Shown in pieces: positions 51,232 to 58,409 of a stretch of 60,443 nt of DNA; the first letter of the stretch is position 1; each line of letters opens with the position of its first letter. Source of the stretch: Elusimicrobiota bacterium (GTDB lineage: Bacteria; Elusimicrobiota; Elusimicrobia; UBA1565; UBA9628); contig JAQTNG010000001.1 of NCBI GenBank assembly GCA_028714015.1, positions 1 to 60,443 on the forward strand, in the 5' to 3' direction. The notes below the pieces were generated by a model that saw only the letters and a list, made by a program, of their open reading frames with translations, did not search any database and had not been told where the DNA came from. The position numbers and the translations under genes were made by a program.

Positions 51232-51398
51232 GAGTTCACCTCTCCTAAAAATTTCAGCCTGGCGTTCAATCGGCCCCAGCGCCACCAGCGGTTGACGGCG
51301 ACGTATTCGCCCCACGGCAGCCGCGCCAGGGCGCGCAGGACGGTCCCGCGCCGCTGGGTGCGCGTGACGGCGATCTTGCGCGCGGCCCGGAGCTTCAC
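51228..51398 (-). CDS. possible small basic Trp-rich protein, 56 aa
   Basis: Not in the track. GTG 51398 overlaps the upstream TGA and its own TGA overlaps the HAD ATG. Translates as VKLRAARKIAVTRTQRRGTVLRALARLPWGEYVAVNRWWRWGRLNARLKFLGEVNS. Confidence 0.35.
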   Translation of the reverse strand: MKLRAARKIAVTRTQRRGTVLRALARLPWGEYVAVNRWWRWGRLNARLKFLGEVNS

Positions 51399-51562
51399 GG
51401 GGCGCACTCCAGGCAGACGGGTTTACGGCCGCGGCCGACGGCGTGACGCGTCAGGGCCCGACACGGCCAGCAATAGCTCCGGTGCTTGGCCACGCGCAGC
51501 CCGTGAGCTTTCATATAGCGTAGGCCGCGCAGCGTGAGTCGAGAGTGGCGATCGCTACTCAT
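51395..51562 (-). CDS. small zinc-ribbon protein, 55 aa
   Basis: ATG 51562 overlaps the upstream TGA. CWPC..CLEC motifs. Confidence 0.5.
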   Translation of the reverse strand: MSSDRHSRLTLRGLRYMKAHGLRVAKHRSYCWPCRALTRHAVGRGRKPVCLECAP

Positions 51563-52173
51563 CCTAGGATACCATGGATATAACGCTTGACCTCGCGCGG
51601 GAGCGCCCAGGCCCCTTGGCGGCCGACGTGGTCGTTGTAACGGGCCAGCAGCTCCATGTGGAGACGGTGGAGAGGGACGCCGTTGCCCTCCTCGGTCCAG
51701 ATGTCGTGCCAGGCGTAGTCCCAACTGTCTCCCGCGCGCCAGTCCCAGGGGTAGGTCAGGGCGTCGCCGTGGTGCAGGCGCACGCGCCGTTGATGGCGGA
51801 ACTCGGGGCCGACCACGTCGAGGATATGGCGGTCGATCTCCACGACGTCGATGCGGTCCACGCGCTGGTTGGCCAGCAGGCCGCGCACGACGCAGCCCAG
51901 GCCGAGTCCGCTGACCAAGACGCGGCCGCGGGCGGCCATCCAGATGGGCAGGTGGCGACGCAGTTCTTCGGCCGAGTCCTCCATGACCACGTCGCCGAAC
52001 TCGGTGTGGAGCGTGGCAGGCGTCATACGGGCGAGGAAGGTGAGGACGGGGCCTCCGACGCGCGGGTAGTAGGACGGCGGCACGACCTGGCGGCGGAGGG
52101 TCCACGGGCCGTGCTGGCCGGCGGGGACCGTGATCGGCACCTTGGCGGCTGCGAGGTAGCCTGCGGGCGTCAT
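51559..52173 (-). CDS. class I SAM-dependent methyltransferase-fold protein (spermidine-synthase-like layout), 204 aa
   Basis: VLVSGLGLGCVVRGLL (motif I), RIDVVEID (acidic motif II) and HHGDAL. ATG 52173 is coupled to the upstream stop. Confidence 0.7.
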   Translation of the reverse strand: MTPAGYLAAAKVPITVPAGQHGPWTLRRQVVPPSYYPRVGGPVLTFLARMTPATLHTEFGDVVMEDSAEELRRHLPIWMAARGRVLVSGLGLGCVVRGLLANQRVDRIDVVEIDRHILDVVGPEFRHQRRVRLHHGDALTYPWDWRAGDSWDYAWHDIWTEEGNGVPLHRLHMELLARYNDHVGRQGAWALPREVKRYIHGILG

Positions 52174-52454
52174 TGTGCGTCCTCGTAGTACGTGCAGTAG
52201 ACGTCGGCGACATGGTTCGGGTGCCAGTCGACGCCGTCGTGTTCGGCGTCGCAATTCTGGCAGACGAATCGCTCTTGCAGTGTCGGCGGCGTCCAGCTCG
52301 GCTTCGTCTCGACAGCGAGCCGGGCCATCATCGCGGCCAGGCCTTCCGGCGCGCGCCAGCGGCCTGTCCCGCGATCGTAGAGTGATCGCTGAAACGGAGG
52401 GCGCAGCGCGGCCAGCAGTCCCCGGTAGCCGTGCAGGGCGTCGAACAGGATCAT
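52170..52454 (-). CDS. hypothetical protein, 94 aa
   Basis: ATG 52454 overlaps the upstream TGA. Contains CQNC. Confidence 0.6.
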   Translation of the reverse strand: MILFDALHGYRGLLAALRPPFQRSLYDRGTGRWRAPEGLAAMMARLAVETKPSWTPPTLQERFVCQNCDAEHDGVDWHPNHVADVYCTYYEDAQ

Positions 52455-52651
52455 TTCGGGGTCGGGTGCTGGCACACCAGGCCGCCGCGGAGGTAGGCGT
52501 AGCACGTGACGCCCGTTTCCGGGTCCTGGACGACGTGGATCTCGTTGCCGCCGCCCCAGCTGAGCACGCGGGCGGACACGAGGTCGACCTGGTGCGCGGT
52601 GGCGCAGCCCGACAGCACGGCGGCGAGGGCGGCGACGATGATGGTCCTCAT
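52451..52651 (-). CDS. small lipoprotein, 66 aa
   Basis: SD GCAGGAGA. Lipobox AAVLSGC. Confidence 0.65.
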   Translation of the reverse strand: MRTIIVAALAAVLSGCATAHQVDLVSARVLSWGGGNEIHVVQDPETGVTCYAYLRGGLVCQHPTPK

Positions 52652-52679
52652 GGGTTTATTCTCCTGCGGTTTTTACCGC

Positions 52680-53060
52680 TCAGTTGTGCGGCCTGTCGAT
52701 GACGCAGTCCATGTCGCAGCCGCAGCCGGCCGGGTGCGGCTGTCCTTCGCGCCATCCCTTCTTTTCGTTCTCGCTCTTGACCCAGCATGGATAGCAGAGC
52801 TTGAGGCGGTTGATCGGCTTGGGCTCTCCGCAGCGGATGCACTTGCCGCCCGTGGGCGGCTTGCGGGCGCGCTTGGCGAGCTCCTCCTCGGATTCTTTCT
52901 CGTCATCCTTGGGCTTGTCCTTCGGTGCCGTGGGTGCTTCCAGTGGAGTCGATGGAGGCGCGGCGGGATCAGCGACCTCGGTCTCGGATAGCACACGCCG
53001 GACTCGCCCCAAGAAAGGCGACCACGTCAGGACCTCGACTTCGCAAATCGTGGCCTTCAT
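52680..53060 (-). CDS. acidic-linker zinc-ribbon protein, 126 aa
   Basis: ATG 53060 overlaps the DUF5131 TGA. CIRC..CYPC..GCGC motifs. Confidence 0.65.
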   Translation of the reverse strand: MKATICEVEVLTWSPFLGRVRRVLSETEVADPAAPPSTPLEAPTAPKDKPKDDEKESEEELAKRARKPPTGGKCIRCGEPKPINRLKLCYPCWVKSENEKKGWREGQPHPAGCGCDMDCVIDRPHN

Positions 53061-54007
53061 CGCGGGAACTCCCGGACCCTCAGCCCCTCGGGCCATTCGG
53101 CCCAGTCGCCGCCTTTGGGGTCGTCGAGCTTGACCGACCAGCCGTTCTCGCTGTTCAAGGCGGACTCCGTCACGCGCTTGTTGACGTCGTAGCGGTCGAC
53201 GCCGATCCACTGCACCGTGCAGCCGTTCCACCACGGGCGGGCGCCGAGCTGCTTGACGAACGGGGCGACGCCCGCTGCGCGGCACTGGTCGATGGTGGAC
53301 TGGGCCCAGGCCACGTCGAACGGCCGCGCGCCGCCGCCAGACTCCCCGCCGACGATGACCCAGTGGAGTCCGGGGACCGTTCGGTATTCTCCGGTATGGA
53401 TGAAATTGGCGTCGCCGCATTCATCCTCACGCCGTTCGCGCATGACCGGCAGGAGCTGTTTCATGTAGGGCTTGAAGTCGACCGGGCCGAGCGCCGGCTC
53501 GTAGCTGACGCCGCGCACGACCGCGGGCACGCGCAGCAGGTGCGGGATCCTGAGATCCGCCTGCGCCTGGTTCTCGGCGGTCGTCATGGCCCACACGTTC
53601 TGGGGCCAGCCGCCGGGCGTCCATCGCACGCCGAAGTGCTTCTCGAAGTTCTCGGGGCGCTTGGTGCAGAGCAGCCACGTCAGGTGGGGCGTGCGCTCGA
53701 TCAGGCGCATGAGGTCGGCGCGCGGCTGGAGCAAGTCCTCGCGGTCCTCGCAGACGTCGGCCAGGGAGGCGCAGAACACGCGGAACGGCTTGCCCGTCTG
53801 CTGGGCCTCGCGGTTCCACTTCAGCGGCTCTTTCCAGTACGACGCGGACGCGTGCTCGCGCTTGGCGTCTTTGCCCCAGATGTTCTTGCCCATCCGCTTC
53901 GACCACGACTCGGCGTAGCAGTGGGCGCAGCCCTCCGACACCTTGACGCAGCCGCGCCAGGGGTTGAACGTCGCGTCGGTCCAAGCTATTTTCGTCTCTT
54001 TGGCCAT
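53057..54007 (-). CDS. DUF5131 / phage Gp37-Gp68 family protein (three-Cys radical-SAM-like), 316 aa
   Basis: IAWTDATFNPWRGCVKVSEGCAHCYA is the family signature, with Cx7Cx2C. Confidence 0.85.
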   Translation of the reverse strand: MAKETKIAWTDATFNPWRGCVKVSEGCAHCYAESWSKRMGKNIWGKDAKREHASASYWKEPLKWNREAQQTGKPFRVFCASLADVCEDREDLLQPRADLMRLIERTPHLTWLLCTKRPENFEKHFGVRWTPGGWPQNVWAMTTAENQAQADLRIPHLLRVPAVVRGVSYEPALGPVDFKPYMKQLLPVMRERREDECGDANFIHTGEYRTVPGLHWVIVGGESGGGARPFDVAWAQSTIDQCRAAGVAPFVKQLGARPWWNGCTVQWIGVDRYDVNKRVTESALNSENGWSVKLDDPKGGDWAEWPEGLRVREFPR

Positions 54008-54011
54008 GTGT

Positions 54012-54251
54012 TTATCCTTTGGGTTCGGCTTTGGCGATAGCGGCGTGGGCTTTGTCCCAGGCGTCGTGCTTGCGATCCGACAAGGCGACCACGCCCTTCA
54101 GCGCGGTGAGCGTGTCCGGGCCGGCGACGTGGACGGCGTAGTGGGCGCGCGCCGCGTCCAGGTCCGGGCTGGCGTGCGGGCACATGTTGCAGTCGTAGGC
54201 GCGGCCGTTGTCCAGCGTCTCGCGGATCGTGTAGGCGGCCGGACGCGTCAT
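54012..54251 (-). CDS. small C2H2-like zinc-finger protein, 79 aa
   Basis: ATG 54251 is coupled to the upstream stop. Sequence CNMCPH..HYAVH. Confidence 0.6.
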   Translation of the reverse strand: MTRPAAYTIRETLDNGRAYDCNMCPHASPDLDAARAHYAVHVAGPDTLTALKGVVALSDRKHDAWDKAHAAIAKAEPKG

Positions 54252-54529
54252 GCCGCCCCCTCGAGGCCGCCGTGCTGGGCCGACCACCGCGCGTGCGCGG
54301 CCAGCGTGAACAGGTCGCAGAACGGGAGGTCCTGGAGCGGGACCCAGTAGCAGTCGTCGTCCGTGTCGCAGTCGATGACGGCTACGGCGCCGCCTTCGAT
54401 GGAGATCGCCTGCGCGCGGCCGGGCTGCCCCGGCAGATCGACGGCCAACGGGTCGAGGTCCACGTAGCCGCCCGAGGGCACCAGGGCCGTGCGGATGTGG
54501 TCAAGGAGGGCGACGCGCTGCGCGCTCAT
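54248..54529 (-). CDS. hypothetical acidic protein, 93 aa
   Basis: Clean ORF with ATGA coupling. Confidence 0.65.
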   Translation of the reverse strand: MSAQRVALLDHIRTALVPSGGYVDLDPLAVDLPGQPGRAQAISIEGGAVAVIDCDTDDDCYWVPLQDLPFCDLFTLAAHARWSAQHGGLEGAA

Positions 54530-54855
54530 GGCCGCGCCGCCACGGCTTCGGAGTAGGCGTGCAGGATCACGCGCAGCGCCGCGGCGCGGGCCTCGGCCGT
54601 GACCGGGTGCGCGAGGTCGTACCAGCGGTCGGACTTCGGGCCGCTCTGCTGATCGGCGTCGGCGCCCTTCTCGGCCGGGAACACCACGAAGGGGGCGTCG
54701 TCTCCCGGCACGTTGCGGGCCAGGACCCGGATGCCCCGGATGACGAAAGCGTCCGCGATGGTCAGATCCACGAACGCCAGCAGCTTCGTCTGGCGGCCGG
54801 TGCGGTCCTTGAACAGGTGCGCCTTGGCTTGGAGTGGCGGCAGCGTGGTGTTCAT
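54526..54855 (-). CDS. SpoVG-like nucleic-acid-binding protein, 109 aa
   Basis: KLLAFVDLTIADAFVIRGIRVL..PFVVFPAEKG..RWYDLAHPVTAEAR aligns by eye with B. subtilis SpoVG (..FVVHDIRVI..LFVAMPSKR..FRDIAHPIN). Confidence 0.7.
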   Translation of the reverse strand: MNTTLPPLQAKAHLFKDRTGRQTKLLAFVDLTIADAFVIRGIRVLARNVPGDDAPFVVFPAEKGADADQQSGPKSDRWYDLAHPVTAEARAAALRVILHAYSEAVAARP

Positions 54856-54856
54856 A

Positions 54857-55378
54857 TTAGAGGGCCCTCTCGTTGAGCGTTTTCTCGAGCAGCTTCGCCA
54901 CCTGGAGCTTGCCGCGGTTGCCCGCGTTGGCCATCATCCACTGGGCCCAGTCCCACAGGGTCCGGCCGCGCTCGGCCATGTCCTTGTAGGGATGGGGATC
55001 GGCCTTCCACCGGCCGACGACTTCCGGCAGCTTGGCGGTAGCCCAGTCGATCTTCTTGACCTCGCGTGCGTGGCGCGCTTCTGTGTTCTTCTTGGCGATG
55101 AGCTTCTTGGTCTTGGCCACGAGCCCGACGTCGCCGTGCTTGTAGACGCAGATGTTGCCGACGTCGAAGCGCCGGCCGTCGGCGTCCTCGATCACGCAGC
55201 ACGTAGCGATGCCCTCGCCGCAGTACTTGCAGGAGCCGACGGGCTGCCCCGGGGCGCCGACATAGCTCCCGTTGCCCAACGGGTAGGGCCCCACGCGGAT
55301 TACGATGTCGACCAGCTTAAACGGGGCACGGCCGAGCCCGGCCCGCTCGAACAGGTGGATCTTCGTGTCGGTGGTCAT
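54857..55378 (-). CDS. hypothetical protein, 173 aa
   Basis: Clean ORF. Contains CKYC..CC. Confidence 0.75.
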   Translation of the reverse strand: MTTDTKIHLFERAGLGRAPFKLVDIVIRVGPYPLGNGSYVGAPGQPVGSCKYCGEGIATCCVIEDADGRRFDVGNICVYKHGDVGLVAKTKKLIAKKNTEARHAREVKKIDWATAKLPEVVGRWKADPHPYKDMAERGRTLWDWAQWMMANAGNRGKLQVAKLLEKTLNERAL

Positions 55379-55617
55379 GACGGGACCTCCACCTTGAGGG
55401 CGTAGTAGTCCGGGTCGAACGAGCCGCGCTGTTTCTCCTCGATCGCGCGGTTCAGGTTCGTCACGAGCGATTCGGCCGTCCTGGGCTTCAGGCTGATCCT
55501 CGAGTTGTACGAGTGGCCGACCAGGAGCGTGTACCCGAAGTACTTGGTCAGCTCGGCGATGGTGCCGGAGACCTCGCTCGTCTTGCCGCGGCGCGTCTTG
55601 ATGATCGTGTGGATCAT
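55375..55617 (-). CDS. hypothetical protein, 80 aa
   Basis: Clean ORF with ATGA coupling. Confidence 0.7.
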   Translation of the reverse strand: MIHTIIKTRRGKTSEVSGTIAELTKYFGYTLLVGHSYNSRISLKPRTAESLVTNLNRAIEEKQRGSFDPDYYALKVEVPS

Positions 55618-55618
55618 G

Positions 55619-56155
55619 TCAACGCCCCGCCTTGGCCAGCGCGGGCCCCACGACCGAGCCGATCCGGTTGAGCGCCGTCTCCGCGTCGATCTTGCCTTCG
55701 CGCCAGAGGCGAATCTGACGCTCTGCCTCGACTGACGTCTGGTGCAGGTCGTTCGCGGCGATGACGCGCGCGGGCAGCACGGTCGCCAGCGGCTTCGCCG
55801 TGAGGGCGTCGCGCACGATTAGGTAGACCGTGCCGACGTTGTTGCGCTCGTTCGTGACCGTGAGGCCACCGGCGCCAGAGATCGGTGTTTCGGCGGCGAC
55901 GAGCTTGGCCTCCTGTTCCGCCAATTCCTTCGCGTACAGCGCTCGGGAGCCGTCACGGGTCGCGGCCGCCAGTCGCTGCGCGACGTCCTTGTGCCTGGAC
56001 ACGAGCGGGCACGACTTCGGCTTCGTCTCGGTCGAGGCCCACTCCTGGTGGTGCGTCATGCACTGGTAGGGAATCATCGCGCGGCCCACGATCGCGCCGA
56101 GGCCGCTGTCCTTCACATTTCCGCCCTTCGAGATCCGGCACGGTTTCGGTTCCAT
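55619..56155 (-). CDS. hypothetical protein, 178 aa
   Basis: Clean ORF. Confidence 0.7.
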   Translation of the reverse strand: MEPKPCRISKGGNVKDSGLGAIVGRAMIPYQCMTHHQEWASTETKPKSCPLVSRHKDVAQRLAAATRDGSRALYAKELAEQEAKLVAAETPISGAGGLTVTNERNNVGTVYLIVRDALTAKPLATVLPARVIAANDLHQTSVEAERQIRLWREGKIDAETALNRIGSVVGPALAKAGR

Positions 56156-56156
56156 G

Positions 56157-56468
56157 TTAGTGGACCCCCGCGACGGCCTTGGACGAGTTCAGCTCGATGC
56201 GCTCGAGGGCGGCGGCATACAGCGGATGTCCTTTGACGATCCGCGCCCGGCCGTCCTCGAAGTAGTCCGTCATCGCGTCCGAGTTGTTTTCGTAGAGGTC
56301 CGGCATCATCGCCTGGAGGGCCTTCTCGTCGTCGTAGCTTTTGGCGTAGACCGTCACGCACTGCTGGCCGGTGGACTTCAGGGCGAAGGCGGAATAGCTA
56401 ACGCGCGCCTTATGGATGCCGTTGGTGACGTAGTACTTCATGAACCGGATCGTCGTTTGGGTCGTCAT
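56157..56468 (-). CDS. hypothetical protein, 103 aa
   Basis: First gene after P9. Its leader and first codons are nearly identical to those of 12817..13479. Confidence 0.75.
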   Translation of the reverse strand: MTTQTTIRFMKYYVTNGIHKARVSYSAFALKSTGQQCVTVYAKSYDDEKALQAMMPDLYENNSDAMTDYFEDGRARIVKGHPLYAAALERIELNSSKAVAGVH

Positions 56469-56507
56469 TCTAGTAGCCTCTCTAGTACGTCTATGTCCTA
56501 CACCTAT

Positions 56508-56536
56508 ATCTTAACAGGTGACATGTCATCTGTCAA
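56508..56536 (-). promoter_or_regulatory. promoter P9 (TTGACA-17 nt-TAAGAT) with palindromic spacer
   Basis: TTGACA at 56536-56531, spacer GATGACATGTCACCTGT, TAAGAT at 56513-56508. Confidence 0.65.
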
Positions 56537-56769
56537 GTGCTATTTTTGCTCCAGGCCCTGCGAAATTCCGCCACCGCGGCCAGCCCCTCTCCGGCGCCGC
56601 GGCGGAACCGGAGCCAGCCCCCGGAGCGCCGGAGCCACGCGGCGGCCTGCGCGGGCTCGGCGGGGACGTCTTCCCCCTCGACGACGAAGCCGCGCGACGG
56701 GTCGTAGCACACCGCCACGCCCGGCAGGCCCGGCCGGCGGAGCTTGGCGACGTGGACGCGCCCGCTCAT
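56533..56769 (-). CDS. possible small protein, 78 aa
   Basis: ATG 56769. Its TGA stop falls inside the P9 -35 hexamer. Composition is moderately Arg/Gly-rich. Confidence 0.4.
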   Translation of the reverse strand: MSGRVHVAKLRRPGLPGVAVCYDPSRGFVVEGEDVPAEPAQAAAWLRRSGGWLRFRRGAGEGLAAVAEFRRAWSKNST

Positions 56770-56774
56770 CGAGG

Positions 56775-57020
56775 TCAGCCCCCGTAGCGCGCGCGGGCGG
56801 GCTTCTGGCCCGTGGTCACGATCGCGCCCGAGATCCAGGTGGATCGGAAGGGCTGGAAGTAGAACGCCGCCAAGGGCGACGGCCGCGCGGAGTTCGCGCG
56901 GACGCTGGCGAGGGGGTCGATGTTGAGCAGGGCGCAGGTCGCGCACGCGCGCGCCGGGCGCTGGGCGAGCCGCGCGCGCGCGCAGCTCAGGCACAGCTTG
57001 GGGTTCTCGGGTTCGGCCAT
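56775..57020 (-). CDS. small zinc-ribbon protein, 81 aa
   Basis: ATG 57020 follows AGGAG. CLSC..CATC motifs. The track start at 57059 is upstream of the predicted TSS. Confidence 0.5.
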   Translation of the reverse strand: MAEPENPKLCLSCARARLAQRPARACATCALLNIDPLASVRANSARPSPLAAFYFQPFRSTWISGAIVTTGQKPARARYGG

Positions 57021-57065
57021 GATACTCGGGCTCCTAAGGGACGTAGAGGAATGTTTCATGGGGTG

Positions 57066-57094
57066 ACGGTAACAGACGGCTTGTCATATGTCAA
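57066..57094 (-). promoter_or_regulatory. promoter P10 (TTGACA-17 nt-TACCGT)
   Basis: TTGACA at 57094-57089, spacer starting TATGACAAGC, weak -10 TACCGT at 57071-57066. Confidence 0.45.
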
Positions 57095-57234
57095 GTGGAA
57101 ATTGCTCGGTGCCCGCCCAGGAGCCGCTTGGTCGGCACGCCGACCTGGACTGGAGCGCTGGAGTTGACGAGGAGTGCGAAGCCCCGCGGCGTCCGCTGGC
57201 GGCGCTTGCGCGTCCGCCCACCGAGTAGATCATG

Positions 57235-57618
57235 TCACGGCCACGTGATGTCGAACAATCCGAGACGGCCCTTCACGGGCACCGTCTGCGCCAACATCTG
57301 GATGTCCTCGAGGAGCCAGCCGTAGCGCTCCTCTCCCTCCGTGTGCGGGCACAGCCCCTGCGGCACGAGCTCCGGTGTGTAGGCGACCACGTCGCGCAGC
57401 GTCGCGGTGGCGACGACGGCGCCACGCACCAGCTCATACGGGGCCGGGAACAAGATGCTGCGGTCGCGCAAGTAGCGGCCGCCGTGCAGGTCGTAGGCCT
57501 GGCTCGCCGCGATCGCCAGCGGACCTCGGTACTTCGTGCGCCAGGTCCTCGTCTCGATCGTCTTGACGCCGGTGGCCACGAGGTAGGCCCACGGTTGCTT
57601 CAACATGAGGCACTTCAC
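57235..57618 (-). CDS. ASCH domain protein, 127 aa
   Basis: MLKQPWAYLVATGVKTIETRTWRTKYRGPLAIAAS is an ASCH signature. GTG 57618 overlaps the upstream TGA; ATG 57606 is the alternative start. Confidence 0.75.
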   Translation of the reverse strand: MKCLMLKQPWAYLVATGVKTIETRTWRTKYRGPLAIAASQAYDLHGGRYLRDRSILFPAPYELVRGAVVATATLRDVVAYTPELVPQGLCPHTEGEERYGWLLEDIQMLAQTVPVKGRLGLFDITWP

Positions 57619-58409
57619 GCCGGGAGCTCCTCGTCCCGGTAGGACGGGTCGTCCTTGTGGAACTCCTTCGGCGGGATCGGGTGGGTGATGGGGTCCGCCA
57701 ACGGCTTGCCCGTGAGGTTCGAGCAGTGAACGCAGGCCCACTTGTCCGGGGACACGGGACCACGCGCCTGGCACGTCTTCGCGCGATGGCCCGGCACGCC
57801 GCACCGCGAGCACTTATTCTGACGCGGGGGCGTGTCGGCGACGGGAGGCGCGGAGCCGCGGCGCAGCGTTCCCAGCACTTCTCCGAAGACCGCCTCGAGC
57901 TCCTCGCGGATCATCTTGCGCAGCGCGTCGCCCTTGGACGGATCCTGCAGCTGACGCTCGAACCGTTCGTCCGCGATCTTCTCCACGACCTCGATGATAT
58001 TTTTCATTGTTCCTCTGTCGATGACGCCATTCAGAATAATCAGTGCGGCCAGATGGTCCCACTCATTGGATTCTGGGCACGCCTTGGCGACGCGTTCGAG
58101 CGTCCAGGGCTGCGCCGGCCGCGGGGAGGCGCGCAAGACGCCGTCGCGTGTGAGCCTGCCGCCGGAGCGCCAGGAGTTCATCTTGCGGCGCTCCCAGGCG
58201 TCGACGCCGCGGCGGGCGGCCGCAGTGCATTGTCCGACATCCAGCGTGAAGTCGCCGCGCCCCTTCTGCGTCGTCCCGCGGCCGGCTCGGTGTCGGGCTA
58301 GTTCGTTCTTCGCTGCTCGAGTAGCTGTGCTGCGGCCGCCGCGCTCCTTGAGCTGCAGGTAGTAGTCGCGCAGGCCGTCGACCGCCGTCTTGACGAGTGC
58401 GGGGTTCAA
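57615..58409 (-). CDS. protein with a retroviral-type CCHC zinc knuckle, 264 aa
   Basis: CSRCGVPGHRAKTC fits Cx2Cx4Hx4C (aa 200-213, nt 57771-57812). TTG start lies directly after the upstream TGA. Confidence 0.7.
   Translation of the reverse strand: MNPALVKTAVDGLRDYYLQLKERGGRSTATRAAKNELARHRAGRGTTQKGRGDFTLDVGQCTAAARRGVDAWERRKMNSWRSGGRLTRDGVLRASPRPAQPWTLERVAKACPESNEWDHLAALIILNGVIDRGTMKNIIEVVEKIADERFERQLQDPSKGDALRKMIREELEAVFGEVLGTLRRGSAPPVADTPPRQNKCSRCGVPGHRAKTCQARGPVSPDKWACVHCSNLTGKPLADPITHPIPPKEFHKDDPSYRDEELPA

Noticed and set aside
55617-55622. TTGACA hexamer on the minus strand at the 55619/55617 gene junction.
   Set aside because: Seventeen nt downstream is AAGACG, which is not a plausible -10. 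The hexamer is explained by the stop/start junction (CGT TGA C ATG).
56551-56620. A GC-rich imperfect inverted repeat upstream of P9, considered as a terminator matching the one upstream of P4.
   Set aside because: The arms do not pair cleanly (CCGCCACCGCGG versus CCGCGGCGG) and there is no T run. The region is also plausibly coding (56533..56769).
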